DNA of 64,000 bases from a virus. The stretch's first letter is position 1; every line of letters begins with the position of its first letter. A model generated the notes under the pieces. It saw only the letters and a list, made by a program, of their open reading frames with translations. It was not told the DNA's origin and made no database searches. Of this stretch, positions 36,587-48,039 are shown piece after piece. A program made the position numbers and the translations under genes. The stretch is from positions 1 to 64,000 of the IMG/VR virus record IMGVR_UViG_3300031159_000070; one strand, written 5' to 3'.

Positions 36587-37018
36587 TCAGTCCAGATAAC
36601 CGCGGCCTTCACACCGGCCGCAAATGAGACCGGCGCCGCTCAATCTATCACGCATGGCGCCGTTGCCTTTGCAGTCAGGGCATGGATTCGCCGGCTCGTA
36701 GGTCTCGCGGAAAATGGCGTCTTTGATCGGATAGTGCTCGCCTTGGACGCCGGTGATGATCCAATCGCCAGGGCACACGACGTGGCCGCCTTCGAGCGTG
36801 TCGATCCAGCCGTGTTCATTCATGGGGCGCTGGCAATTCGCATGCCAGCAGAGCTTTTCGCCCGGAACGTCAGGACGCCGGAAACGACGCACAACGAGGC
36901 CTTCACGCCTCATCGCGCCGTCTGCATTGTCGCGATCCGAGAAGTCATGCGGGTGGTCGCCGTTCTTGAACCAGCGGTGTGCTTCAATCACGACAGGCTT
37001 TTTGCGGAATAGGGGCAT
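36587..37018 (-). CDS. PGDYG-like phage protein
   Basis: FRKKPVVIEA..IDTLEG..PGDWIITGVQGEHYP..IF.ETYE. Confidence 0.7.
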   Translation of the reverse strand: MPLFRKKPVVIEAHRWFKNGDHPHDFSDRDNADGAMRREGLVVRRFRRPDVPGEKLCWHANCQRPMNEHGWIDTLEGGHVVCPGDWIITGVQGEHYPIKDAIFRETYEPANPCPDCKGNGAMRDRLSGAGLICGRCEGRGYLD

Positions 37019-37928
37019 GTCATTCCTCGACCGGTGATGGTGCGCGATTTGGCCTTATGATCCTTTCTGGCTTGTCCCCGATGGCTCCCTCGATCTCCTC
37101 AGGGCTGACGTTCCACAGCGGAGGAATCGTGCTCTCCTGCCGCTCGGTCTCATCCTTCTTCGGTCTCAGGCAGATGATCGTGCTGTCGTCATCCATTCTG
37201 GTGCCGTAGGGATTGGTGTAGGCGAGGCCGAAGCGGTTCCAGCCACCAGCGCATTTGAAAAAACTGCCGCGATGAAACGAGATCTCGCGGTCGCCAGCTT
37301 CAGAGATCATGTCGAGGAGCTTCTCTTCAGCTTCGCTCTCTGGCGTCAGAACGAACTGTTGTTCGTCGCCGGTAACTACGAGCGCGATTTTCATGGTTCG
37401 TCTCTCATATTGAAGGTCCAGCACGTGCGGCCGTCCTCGCGCCGATGGCAGAACCAGAACTTGAAAGGCTTCGCCATTTTCGGGATGTAGTAGCGAGCGC
37501 CGCAGCGCCGGCAGATGACGACGGCGCGATAGCCTTCCGGCAACGTCGTCATGGCTCAGTGCTTTCGGTTCGGTCCGATACGAGGATGCTGGCCACGCGC
37601 GTGAAACTCGGCGACGGCCTGGCCCAAGTGTTTTGCCGCTCCCGTTAAGATCCGCCGGTGCTCGCTCGGCGGATGGGCTGCGATGAATTGCGCGACAACC
37701 TCGAGCAGACTGCAGATGACGAACTGAGATTCCCACACCTGCTCGCCCGTTTGTGGATCGATGCGGCCGGTGTCGTCGTGATACTGCTCGATCGCCGCCC
37801 ACAGATAGCAGTGCAGGCAGGGCCCCTGATCATTGTCAGCTTCGAGGTCTTCAAATTCGTCTTGTGTACTCATCAGCCAAGATACTCCTGTGCGTGGTCC
37901 AGTCAGGCTGCACCACGGCTCAGGTCTT

Positions 37929-37945
37929 GTCTAGTGTCACTATGC
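37929..37945. promoter_or_regulatory. 17-bp operator-like site (reverse orientation)
   Basis: GTCTAG-TGTCA-CTATGC, intergenic. Confidence 0.5.
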
Positions 37946-37957
37946 TATTTGCGCACG

Positions 37958-38755
37958 CTAATCTCGTGCGATCTCGCGGATGCTGTCGCCTTCGTGCACC
38001 GGCCGATCGAAGCGGGCCTTGTCGCCGAGCCGCACGCCGTCGAGCATGGCGTCCATGTCGGCCGCCGTGCGCTCGAGTTGTTCCTGCGCCAGGACGATGT
38101 CTCGCCGCTTCATCTCCTGGGCGACCAGGGCCGTCTTGTCGATCGGCACGAGATCGCGGCCGGTCGATTGCTGGGCTTGCTTGCGCTTCTTCGCTTCGGC
38201 AAGCAGCCGGTGCCGGATGCGCCGGGCGGTGCCGATGATGAAGCTCAGGCGCTTGATCTCGATATCGTCCTCGCTGAGATCCGGGAACCTTGCTTTGTCG
38301 CGCCTGAGCTCTTCGACGTAGTTTCCAGCGCCGCGGAGGATGAAGTTCTCGAGCGCTTTGATCAGCCACACCGCAAACATAACGTCGCCGGCGCAACCGA
38401 AGAACACATGCCGTCCGGCGCGTCCGGCGCGTCCGGTCGTCTTGTCGTCGGGATCGTCAGCTGTCGGCCGAGTCTCGATCCAGCTGATGGTGTCGGTGAA
38501 TTGCGCAACGCCGAGCCATAGCTCCTGATAGATCAGCTCAGCTTCAGGATCTGCAGGCGTCGTCTCGACTTCCTCAAAGCCTTCGTTGACGAGCTCCGCC
38601 TCGCCGATGTCGATCGCGTAGCGGTCCATCAGCTCCTTGGCCTTGAGCGCGGCGGCGATCGCTTCTCCTTCGGTCGCGCCATTCTCGGTCGTCTTGGCGA
38701 GCAGGGCGGCGACGCGCTGCGCTGCCTTCTTGCGCTCTTGCGGTGATAAGGTCAT
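37958..38755 (-). CDS. DUF2786-domain protein
   Basis: RVAALLAKTTENGATEGEAIAAALKAKELMDRYAI. Confidence 0.75.
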   Translation of the reverse strand: MTLSPQERKKAAQRVAALLAKTTENGATEGEAIAAALKAKELMDRYAIDIGEAELVNEGFEEVETTPADPEAELIYQELWLGVAQFTDTISWIETRPTADDPDDKTTGRAGRAGRHVFFGCAGDVMFAVWLIKALENFILRGAGNYVEELRRDKARFPDLSEDDIEIKRLSFIIGTARRIRHRLLAEAKKRKQAQQSTGRDLVPIDKTALVAQEMKRRDIVLAQEQLERTAADMDAMLDGVRLGDKARFDRPVHEGDSIREIARD

Positions 38756-38950
38756 GGTTGCTCTCTCCGTTGTGAGAGCAACTGTAGCACAAACGGGGCT
38801 GTCCATCCACGCTATACAGCGCGGTCATGCTATACGGCTCGGAATGTATAGCGGGATCTCGCTATAAAAGCCTAAAGACGATGGCGCTCAGGAAGGCGAG
38901 CGAGGCCGCTGTCATCGCGACATAGATCGCGCTGGTGATGGTGCGCGTCG

Positions 38951-39151
38951 TCATTTATAGATCTGCGCACGAACGGCGCAATCCTTGGCTTCAAGCAGTT
39001 TTCGCAGTCCCGCTGTCCGCTCAGGGTTTTTCGGCAGCGTCTTGACCATGTGCTCCGCCAGCTCGCCGAACGGCTTGCTGATCACCTGCAGATGGGGCGG
39101 CAAGTGCGCGTAGGCAAAGAACTGCAGCATGGGTTCATCTTGGGTGCTCAT
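38951..39151 (-). CDS. Small helical-hairpin phage protein
   Basis: QFFAYAHLPPHLQ..LP.NPERTAGLRKLLEAKDCAVRA. Confidence 0.7.
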   Translation of the reverse strand: MSTQDEPMLQFFAYAHLPPHLQVISKPFGELAEHMVKTLPKNPERTAGLRKLLEAKDCAVRAQIYK

Positions 39152-39453
39152 GGTTTCGTCCTTCTTATTTGCTCTGCGGATTGGCGAACTCTGCCGTGTA
39201 GGGCAGGCGATCTTGTGTCAGCTCGTCGTAGCTTTTGAGCTCCACCTGGATCTCGTAGCCTTCGCCGTCTGCGACGTAGGCCTCTGCGCTTCCTGCGCCT
39301 GTTTCCAGAGCGCGCGTGATCGCATCGCGCAAAGCTTCAAGCGCTGGCTTGTTGCCGCGGATGATGACCTCGTCGTGCCAGAGATACTGGCCGTGGATGT
39401 GTAACCACGGATGACGTTTGAATCTCTGTTCGGCGTCGTCCATAGGAGATACC

Positions 39454-39972
39454 TCAGTCCAGGTTCAGCAGCGCGCGATAATCGTTTTCGTGTCGCGCTG
39501 AGAGCCAGTTTCCATCTTCGTCGCAGTAGAGCCGGGAGAACGCATCGATCGGGCAGTGCCGCCCGGACCGCATCGGCTCACCGTCCCGCTCTTGCGGGCA
39601 GTGCTTCCAAGTGCACTCGCCGTCGCGGCCGGCGCGGCAGAAAGGCGGAAGCGGGGTCGGATTTGCTTTCCTGGGCGGCATCTCTGCTGCTTGCCACTGC
39701 ATCCAATTGGCTTTCTGGAACCTGTCATCGAAGGGAGACCAGTCGTCAGGTTTCTCGGCCACGAACCGCCACTCGAGATCAACCGGTCGCGGCTCGTCAT
39801 GAGCATCGATGATGATGCGCTTGGCCGCCTCCTCATCTTCCGCGCGAACCGCGGCACAGATCACTTCGTGCTCATCGTCGACACGGAGACCAGAGATCCA
39901 CCAAGGCCAATGCAACTCGAATTTGCCCATGAGATGGGGCGGGCAATACCAGCTGAGCCAGTAATTCTTCAC
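39454..39972 (-). CDS. Hypothetical protein with a C-terminal Cys module shared with 30669-31091
   Basis: C.A..DGEC.W..CPQ.RD.EP..SGRHCP.D occurs in both. Confidence 0.6.
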   Translation of the reverse strand: MKNYWLSWYCPPHLMGKFELHWPWWISGLRVDDEHEVICAAVRAEDEEAAKRIIIDAHDEPRPVDLEWRFVAEKPDDWSPFDDRFQKANWMQWQAAEMPPRKANPTPLPPFCRAGRDGECTWKHCPQERDGEPMRSGRHCPIDAFSRLYCDEDGNWLSARHENDYRALLNLD

Positions 39973-41317
39973 TTGGGCGCCCCGTCAGTTGGGATTTTTG
40001 TGTTCCGGCAGGATAATGTCGTCTGTCAGGTGGTAGCGCATCTTGAGGTGTTCCCGGAACAGCAGGATCTCGGCGGCGATGAGATCAAGCCGTTTCTCAT
40101 CGGCTGACGTCGCGTCATCGCCTTCGTCCAATCCTTCCATGAGCGACCCGAACAGATGGGTGGCGCCGGCGAAAAAGGCATCGCGCAGCTGGTCATGCTG
40201 GTCTTTGTTTATGCCCTGGGGATAGACGAGCTTCGCAAAAAGGAGCCAGCCAAATTCGATGATGCAGCCTTTATCCATCGCTTCCTTTGTGATGGCGATG
40301 CCGGCTTCTTCGAGCTTCCGGCGCATTGCCTCGCGGTCCATGATGTGCTCCTAGTCTGATTTCTCTGGCGCCTTGTGCTCCGGAAAGGCGCATGTCGAAC
40401 GCAAGCTCGATCACTCGCTATGGGCACGATCCTCATGCAGTGGTCTCGGTTGCGGCTTCAGGCTCTTTGCGCGCTGCCTCGCGCTTCATGAAATAGAGGG
40501 CGCAAGGGCCGTCCTCGGTATGGATTTTTCCGACAAGCCGCCGGTCATCGAACTCAGGCGGCTGCCATTCTTTCAAAACCCGGGACTCGCCTTTGCAGAA
40601 GTCCTCGAACAGCGGGTGGTCCTCGTCGGCCACCTCATCGAAGTAGACCCAGCGAAGATTAAAGCCGTGGTGGGCGGCGATCGCCTCAGCGTCGCACGAC
40701 TCGCTGGCGTAGTGGAACATCGCCGGCATGAACTCGCCCGTCTCAGGATCGTGCACGATCGCGTCCGGCGCCGGCATTTGTGAGCTGAGAAGCGAGGCCA
40801 TCAGTCGTCATCTCCATAACGCGGGTCTTCGGGATCAAGCGTGACTTCGACCTTAATCCGTTCCTCGCGGCCGTCGATATACAGGGTGCCCGTCATCGAC
40901 ATCGAGGGCGATACGAGGTGGGTGTCTAACCCCATCTCCTCGAGAGCCTTGCGGAGCTGCGGCACGCATTCCAGCGCGGCTTTGACGAACAGCTCTTGGC
41001 TGATCTTCATTTCGGTCATTTCGGAAAATCCTCGGGGTCAAGACGTTCGCGCGTTTTGAGCGCTGCCCTCGCGCCTTCAGGTGTGAGCACGAACACGTCG
41101 CCCACCATCCACCTCACCTTGTGCTTTCGAGCAGCGCCCTTCTGCACCATCTCCTCCCAGTCTGGCCGATCGCTGTGGCTCTCGTCGGCGACGAAGTGGT
41201 TCCGGTAGCTGCAGCGCCGTCTGTTCGGCAAACCGAGCGCGTGCCGGGCTAATTCGATCTGTCGCGTCGTGAGTTCCACGGTGGCGGGCCTGCATTATCG
41301 TGTGACTGGCCAAGGTA

Positions 41318-41334
41318 GTCTAGTGTGGGTTGAC
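41318..41334. promoter_or_regulatory. 17-bp operator-like site over a minus-strand promoter
   Basis: GTCTAG-TGTGG-GTTGAC; minus strand TAGACT-17-GATAAT. Confidence 0.65.
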
Positions 41335-41375
41335 CACGCGGACGCAGTCAACCCATTTCTTCTGGCTGATCCCAG

Positions 41376-42929
41376 CTATTCGGCGAGGCCGTTGCGCAGG
41401 ATGTCGAACGATCTCTTCGAATAATCGGCAGCGGTTTTCGACGCCGTCGCGCTGGCCGCGGACATCATGCTGACCTGATTAAGGTTATCCTGCATTCCGG
41501 CCACGCGTCTGATGATCTTGTTGCGCGCGTCGAGCAGTTCATAGCTGGTCGCGGCTTCCGAGTTGATATCGAGGCCTCCTTCCAGCAGGCCAATGAACCC
41601 CTCGGCGAACAGCTCGGCCGGCGTCTTCCCTTTGGGCTTGGGCTCGAGCAATTCCATGTGCCGCTTCATGCCGATCGCCGACACATAGAGATTGTCCGCC
41701 GAGATCTTTTCCCTGCCTTCCATCAGCATCGCCATCTTGGCGCGCTCGACCACCTCGCGGATCGTCGCCGGGACGGCGCCGGCCAGCGCTTCGCCGACGC
41801 GGCTCAGGTCCTCCGTCTCATCGAGCAGATCGCGCGCATAAGCGCGGATCAATTCCACGGACGTCGTTTCATCCGGCGGCTGGATGGAGATGATCGCATC
41901 GAAGCGTCCTGGCCTGAGCAATGCCTGATCGATCTTTTCGATGAAGTTCGTCGTCAGGCAGATCATCATCTCCATGTCTTTCGTGACGACGCCGTCGAGC
42001 ATGTTGACGAGATCGTTCACGTTCTCATCCTCGCGGTCGGCTACACGATCGATGTCCTCTGCAAAGACGACGCACGGCTGATAGGTGCGCGCGAACTCGA
42101 TCGCTGCTCTGAGGCCCTGGGCCCGGTTCAGCATGATGAAGGTCCAGCCGTTGTCCGTCGCCACCTTCGCCGTAACCCGGGCCGTCAGCGATTTGCCGGT
42201 GCCATACCGGCCCTCGAGCAAGATGCCGCGTTTGAGCGGGATCTTGTGCTTGCGGCATGCCTCGGTGTGCTTCAACGGCGAGAAGATGTTCGTGCGGATG
42301 AGCGCGGCGGTCTCAGCCGTGTGGATCATGTCGCTCTCGGATACGGCACTCAGATCAATGAACTCGGGCTGCTTATTGATCACGAGGTTGCCGTCTTCGT
42401 CGACGTTGAAGATGACCGCCTTGCCCTTGTAGACGGAGGCTTCCCGCAGGAACCGGCGAGCGCAATTGGCGATCTCGACCAGGATGGCGCGGTCGCGGCG
42501 TCGGACTGTGCCGCGGATGACGACGCCTTCAGGGGTCATGTGCACCTGAACCGGATTTGATACGTTCGGCAGCCGCATCTGGCCCATCGGCACCTGCACG
42601 CGATCGTGCTCGCCGCAGCCGGTGACCACGGTGATGAAGTCTGGCCTGATCTCGCCGAACCAGGTCTGCTGGTTTTCAGCGATGACCACGCCGTAGATCT
42701 CCTGCATGGCGCGATAGACGGCAACCGCGGCATCCCAAGGCGCGCCGGCGACAAGCTCGACAACGTCGTATTCTTGCGATTCCTGATCGCGCACGCGCTC
42801 CAGGGTTTCGATAGCGACGTCGTAATCCATCGGTGCCGGCGTGTCCGGCAGCACGATTTTCTTTCCGCGATGCTCGACCTTGGTGTCGATCTGAGTCCAG
42901 TCTATGCGCGGCTTTTCCTGAATACCCAT
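41376..42929 (-). CDS. AAA+ ATPase
   Basis: RGILLEGRYGTGKS, VVFAEDID, TTN, ALLRPGRFD. Confidence 0.9.
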   Translation of the reverse strand: MGIQEKPRIDWTQIDTKVEHRGKKIVLPDTPAPMDYDVAIETLERVRDQESQEYDVVELVAGAPWDAAVAVYRAMQEIYGVVIAENQQTWFGEIRPDFITVVTGCGEHDRVQVPMGQMRLPNVSNPVQVHMTPEGVVIRGTVRRRDRAILVEIANCARRFLREASVYKGKAVIFNVDEDGNLVINKQPEFIDLSAVSESDMIHTAETAALIRTNIFSPLKHTEACRKHKIPLKRGILLEGRYGTGKSLTARVTAKVATDNGWTFIMLNRAQGLRAAIEFARTYQPCVVFAEDIDRVADREDENVNDLVNMLDGVVTKDMEMMICLTTNFIEKIDQALLRPGRFDAIISIQPPDETTSVELIRAYARDLLDETEDLSRVGEALAGAVPATIREVVERAKMAMLMEGREKISADNLYVSAIGMKRHMELLEPKPKGKTPAELFAEGFIGLLEGGLDINSEAATSYELLDARNKIIRRVAGMQDNLNQVSMMSAASATASKTAADYSKRSFDILRNGLAE

Positions 42930-44453
42930 TTATTCCTCGTGTTTTGCGGCTTTCGATTTGATTATTGACTGCGAAACGATTGCAGCCATCAATGCAGGCT
43001 CGTTTCCTCCTTTCTCGTCATGAAGTTATCTGCTTTTGTTCCTTACGCTGCTCTCGGACATCCCAGATGTATCCGAGGTACTTGCGGCAGTTGGAACAGT
43101 AGGCGTCATGGCCGCTTGTGTAATACGTCTTGTGCGGGCACCGTGACTGGCGGCGCTCAAGTCTCCAGCCAGCGATGGCGGCGTAGACGAAGAGGGCGAT
43201 CAAAAGCAGCGCGATCACCAGGAGCGGCGCGACGATATTCCAGCCGATCCAGGCCCAAACGGCATTCCACATCCACTGCATTTAGTTCTGCCTCAGCTTC
43301 CAGGTTGCGATGGCCGCGTAAATGATGAGCCCGACAACCAAGATGATCGGAAGCGAAAGCAGAGCGATCACGTCCCAGGTGAGCCAGAACCAGATCCAAT
43401 CCATGATCCTTCCCTTCCGCGCGTTGTGCCGGCGGGTGCCTGGCGGATAGGCGCCCGCCGGCTTCGGCAGGCGGATCGAGGGGAAAACGCCTGCCGGTCA
43501 CCGCCTTGCGGCGGGACCTCTACTGGATCGTGCGCTGTTTGAGTGCCGCCTTGCGGGTCTTGCGCACGACCTTCTCGTCGAGTTTCATGATCTCTTCGTC
43601 GCCGATATCGTGCGGCATGTCGTCGGCGCTCTCGTAGGGATAGGCGATTTTGTTGATCTCGTTGAGTTTCTCATTCAGAGACTTGAATTTCTCCACCTGC
43701 TCGCGCACGAATTTGCTGCGACCCTGTTTTTTCCAGTGACCGATGGCATATGTGACGGCTTCTTGCGCCAGTGCGATGTCATTGCCTGTCAGTTTCATGG
43801 GTCACCTCTTTTCGATCTCAGTCTCATCAGACTTGCTGTCACCATGGAGCGCCTTGTGCGCCTTTCTCATCGCCGCTTCCCACGCCGCGGCGTCGCGCAT
43901 GAGCGGTGGTCCGTTTTGCACGGCCATCAGCTCCTCGAGCGCCTCCTTGAGTTCAAGGACGGCGTTGAGAACCAGGAAATCTTCTGCTTTGCCGCGATTG
44001 GTCAGGGTTTCTTCGGGCACGCGGCGCGCGCGGAACTTCACGCGATACCTGGGCGATTGCATCTCTTCGTAGGCGTATGATCCGTCAGGCAAATGCCTCA
44101 ACGTCCGAAATACCTGGAACTGCAGCTCGTGCACCAGGCCACAGTCGCAGCACACCATGGTGTAAGACGACATTTCCGGCTGGATCCATTCCGTCCAGTC
44201 GGCCTCGTTTTCGACGTCGTGCTTCATTCCTCGAATCCCGCCAGCTCTCGGGAGCGCCGCACGGCGTAGTCATCCGGCTTGCCGCCGCTGTTTTCGTAGA
44301 GACGGCCGCACTGTTCCTCGCGAAGGCAAAACGGCGGTGATTGCCAGATGCCGATCATCTCGGTGCGCGCGCAGATCTCAGTGACCGGAAAGCCGTTGAT
44401 GCAGTAGCCGTTGACGAGCGCGCTGCAGGGGATGAAGCGTTCCTGCCGGTTCA

Positions 44454-44735
44454 TCACTTGACCTCGAAAACGTGCATCACCAGCTTGCCGCCGAACAGCA
44501 GACCAGTGCCGATGTAGCGGCCCTCAGGCGCCGGCTCGCCGGTGCCACAGATCTCGATCTTGCGTTTCGTCCTCGGGGCATAGGGATCGCAGAGATACCA
44601 GACAGCCAGCGTATTGCCCTGCTCACGTGCGCACAGAAACTCCGCGCCGTCCGGCGCTTCGATCTCCTGGTATCGCTCCGGCGTCAGGAGCGATTTCCAG
44701 ACCGTTTTCAGCGGTTCAGACTTGCCGGTGCTCAT
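44454..44735 (-). CDS. Small phage protein
   Basis: VWK..P.GAEFL..Q..VW..GTG..YIGT..LVMHVFE. Confidence 0.6.
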   Translation of the reverse strand: MSTGKSEPLKTVWKSLLTPERYQEIEAPDGAEFLCAREQGNTLAVWYLCDPYAPRTKRKIEICGTGEPAPEGRYIGTGLLFGGKLVMHVFEVK

Positions 44736-45284
44736 TCTATGGTCACGCCGAGCGCGGCGAGCTCCTGATTGACGTCAGCGAGTTCGGCGTCGACCAATAC
44801 TGTGAGCTGCTCTTGCGCTGTTGCGTGGCGCTCTGTGCTCAACAGCGTGGCGAGGCCGCGAGAGGTGCCCTGCACCTGCTCCACACTGATGATGCAGGTG
44901 CCCGCGAGAACAGTCTTCACCGCGAGCAGCTCTTCGCGCTTTTCCTTCAGTTTTGTGACCTTTTGCAAATCCGATAGCTTCATCGTTCAACCCTGAGACT
45001 TGAGTTTATCAACCAGCGCGCGCCGTCGCGCATCGGCCTGGAACGCGCGCACCTTTATCTGATACGGTGCCTTTGCCCGCGCCCATTCGAGCACGGCGAT
45101 GAGATCGGGATGCTCAAGGTACATCTGGACTTGCTGGCGAAGGTTCGCTGCTGGCATGGGCGGTTTGGCCCGGGCCTGCTTACGGCGCGCCTCAGCCTGG
45201 CGCCGGCGCAGCTCCAGCTGCAACGAGTCAGGCGGAAAGAACAAGTCGTGCGTTGATCGTGAAGTGGCGCGAACCATTGCAGGT

Positions 45285-45611
45285 CTATAGATGGTGGTTG
45301 GCGACGTCGTTGATCGCGTATTCCCAGAGCGCGTGGAGCTTCGGCGTGAACCTTTGCATCGATGGCGCCGTCTTGTCCGGTGGCGTCACATTTACGAACG
45401 CGGTTGTGAGTATACTGATCGATGCTCCTGCGCTTGCCAGGAGCATATGGTACGGATCAGTCCCGCGGTTCTTCTCGTCGTCGAACCACTTGAAGAACGC
45501 ATTCATCACTTCCTTTGCGCACCGGCCCTGAGCAGCCGTGATCGGGTCTTTGCTCATGGATGCGTCGTGAATCTTCTCCAGCGACTCGATTAAATCGCCT
45601 CTGATGGTCAT
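45285..45611 (-). CDS. Hypothetical helical protein (possible distant paralog of 10834/11305)
   Basis: S.DP....G...K..M....W pattern. Confidence 0.5.
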   Translation of the reverse strand: MTIRGDLIESLEKIHDASMSKDPITAAQGRCAKEVMNAFFKWFDDEKNRGTDPYHMLLASAGASISILTTAFVNVTPPDKTAPSMQRFTPKLHALWEYAINDVANHHL

Positions 45612-45643
45612 CGCCCGGCCTCCGTCTAGCTTCGTGAGAAGCA

Positions 45644-45660
45644 GCCTAGTTGCACTAGAC
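45644..45660. promoter_or_regulatory. 17-bp palindromic operator-like site
   Basis: GCCTAG-TTGCA-CTAGAC, intergenic. Confidence 0.65.
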
Positions 45661-46689
45661 AATGTTGTCACACAAAAGCCATTACGTTTCCACCGCGATC
45701 TCGCGCTCGATCTCGGCGACATCACGCAGCGGCACGGATGGATCGTGAGGTAACGGCTTGAACCACAGGCATTGCTGCCAGCCTTCTTCGCGCGGGAACG
45801 TGCCGAAGGCCTGCCATTCATTAGGCGCCGCGCGATAGCGATAGCACTTGGCGCGGCTCGGGCAGTCGTGGTCTCGGCACAGCGAGATGTCGGGCATTAT
45901 CACCTCACGTCGTAGTAAACCCGCTTCAGCGGCACGCCATAGGCTGCGCCCTCCAAGCGGACGGCCGCGGTGCAGGCGACGTACTGATCCGTGTTTCCGT
46001 CGCGCCTGAAAACCCAGGTGTCGAAAATGATGACGTCGGGCAGCTCGCCCGATTCATCGAGCACGATCTCGAATCCTACCACGCAAGGATGTTCGGGCGT
46101 TTCGCGCAGTTTGACGATGACGCGCTTGGAGTCGAGGATCGTCATGGGTTTACTCTCCCGTTGCCCATTCTGGCGTGATGTCGATTTCGAGCGAGCGGTC
46201 GCGGTGCCATTCGAGCGAGCGGATATTGCCGTTTTCGTCAGTCTCAAAGCGGCGCCAATATTGGAGCACCTGGCGCGGCTCGGAGTTCATGGTCGGTCCG
46301 GCAGGGCAACAGCCGATGTTCGGCGGATCCCCGTAGTGGAGACACTTCTCGCGAATGGAATCGGCGAGCGTCCGCTTCCATGCGCGATTGAGCACCTCCT
46401 TGCGCATGGCCTCGAGTTCTTCCTTGGTCTGCGGCAGTCGCTTTTCGATCTCGATCAGAAGCAGGCGTTCTATGCTGCTTATCTTCTCCGAGGGGCCGAA
46501 AGAGAACGCCACTCGGAACTCGTGCCCGCAGCCTTGGCAGGTGATGAGCACGAGCGCCGCTTCCTCGGCGTAGATATCGGCGAGATCGTTCGGGCGGAAA
46601 CTCCTATAGCGCGGCACGCCATGCTCATCCCACCATATCGGGCGCTGGGCGATGCGTGAGCGGATGTCGTCATAGTCATGCAGCATGGC

Positions 46690-48039
46690 TCAGTCCTTCC
46701 AGGGATCTACTTCGCCGCTGCCGGCCATCACGACAACGAACGGCCGCAGCCGGTGCAGCACGCGCACAGATGCGTGGTGATGGGAGAGCACCGAGTCCAA
46801 TCTGCGATAGGCCATCGGGCTTTCGTCGAGATCGCCGCCGATCAGCGTCACCCCGCGGCCCCTCAGCCAGGCCTCCATCTCTTCGCGCTGGAAGCGGCGC
46901 TTGGCTTCCTTGCGGCCCATCACGCGGCCAGCGCCGTGCACCGTGGAGTAAAGGCCGGCTTTTGCTTCCGGGCTGTCGATGCCTTCGAGGATCACGGCAT
47001 CGTCGCCCATGCTGCCGCCGACAAAGCCACGCTGGCCAGGGAAGGCGGGTGTTGCACCTTTGCGCACCACCCACAGGTTTCTGCCGCCGTGCGATTCTCT
47101 GAAGGCCCAGTTGTGATGATTGTGCACGCTGTCGATGATCCTGCCGCCGATGATCTGGCGCACGCGATCGACCACCCACTCGCGGCCGGCATAGGCGTAG
47201 CGGCCGGCGAGCGTCATGGCTGCGATGTATCGCTGGCCGATCTCGCTGCGCTCATCAACGACCGTGGGCGGCACGTTGATGCCATCCTTCCCGCCGGCGA
47301 GCTTCAGATAGCGCGTCGCCGTCGTGTGACCGAGACCGCGGCTGCCGAAGTGCACGCCGATCCAGACGTGGCCAGCCTCATCCTCGAACAGATCGACGTA
47401 ATGATTGCCGGATCCCACCGTGCCGAGCTGGGCCCACGCCTTCTGGCGATAGTCCTCCATGCCAGAGGCTTTCCAGGCGTCGTCATCGTCGAATAGCTCA
47501 TGCGCGACGCGCTCATTATTGGCGCGGCCGACGCCGAAAGAGATCGTCTTTGCGATGTCCTGGGCGATGGGTTGAACGCGGTCCTTGATGTCGGCAAAGC
47601 GCGTATCGAGCTTTACGGCCATGTTCCCGCAGCCGATATCGAATCCCACCCCGCTGATGGAGATCTGACCTTCGTAAGCGATCACGCCGCCGACGGGCTG
47701 GGCATACCCAAGATGGCCGTCTGCGCACAGGACGCCGGCGACGGTGTTGCCGACCTTCATGCAATTGCGCATCTGCTGGATCGTGCCATGCTCGTGCTGG
47801 CCTAGCACGGTGAGCGGGCTGTTCTGGTATTCCGGGCGCTGCTCGAGCGTCCTGCCCAAGGCTTCCGCCTCGCGTGCGTTGTGCTCCTCGCGGGCAGCTT
47901 GCCGATAAAGGCACCACGCCGGCATGGTGCGGTGGCTGCCCGGCATCGGCACGCGATCGTCCGGGTTCTTTCCATCGGCAATGGCGAGTTCTCGCGCGCG
48001 AGCTTCGAACGGATCGGCGCGGCGGCCTTTCTTTGTCAT
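46690..48039 (-). CDS. rtcB: RtcB-family RNA ligase
   Basis: ADGHLG, VGFDIGCG, GSGNHY, HFGSRG, HNHHN, RKGA, HGAGR, DESPMAYR. Confidence 0.93.
   Translation of the reverse strand: MTKKGRRADPFEARARELAIADGKNPDDRVPMPGSHRTMPAWCLYRQAAREEHNAREAEALGRTLEQRPEYQNSPLTVLGQHEHGTIQQMRNCMKVGNTVAGVLCADGHLGYAQPVGGVIAYEGQISISGVGFDIGCGNMAVKLDTRFADIKDRVQPIAQDIAKTISFGVGRANNERVAHELFDDDDAWKASGMEDYRQKAWAQLGTVGSGNHYVDLFEDEAGHVWIGVHFGSRGLGHTTATRYLKLAGGKDGINVPPTVVDERSEIGQRYIAAMTLAGRYAYAGREWVVDRVRQIIGGRIIDSVHNHHNWAFRESHGGRNLWVVRKGATPAFPGQRGFVGGSMGDDAVILEGIDSPEAKAGLYSTVHGAGRVMGRKEAKRRFQREEMEAWLRGRGVTLIGGDLDESPMAYRRLDSVLSHHHASVRVLHRLRPFVVVMAGSGEVDPWKD

Noticed and set aside
37556-39151. Two ORFs both starting MSTQDE
   Set aside because: Codons differ and there is no further similarity; probably coincidence
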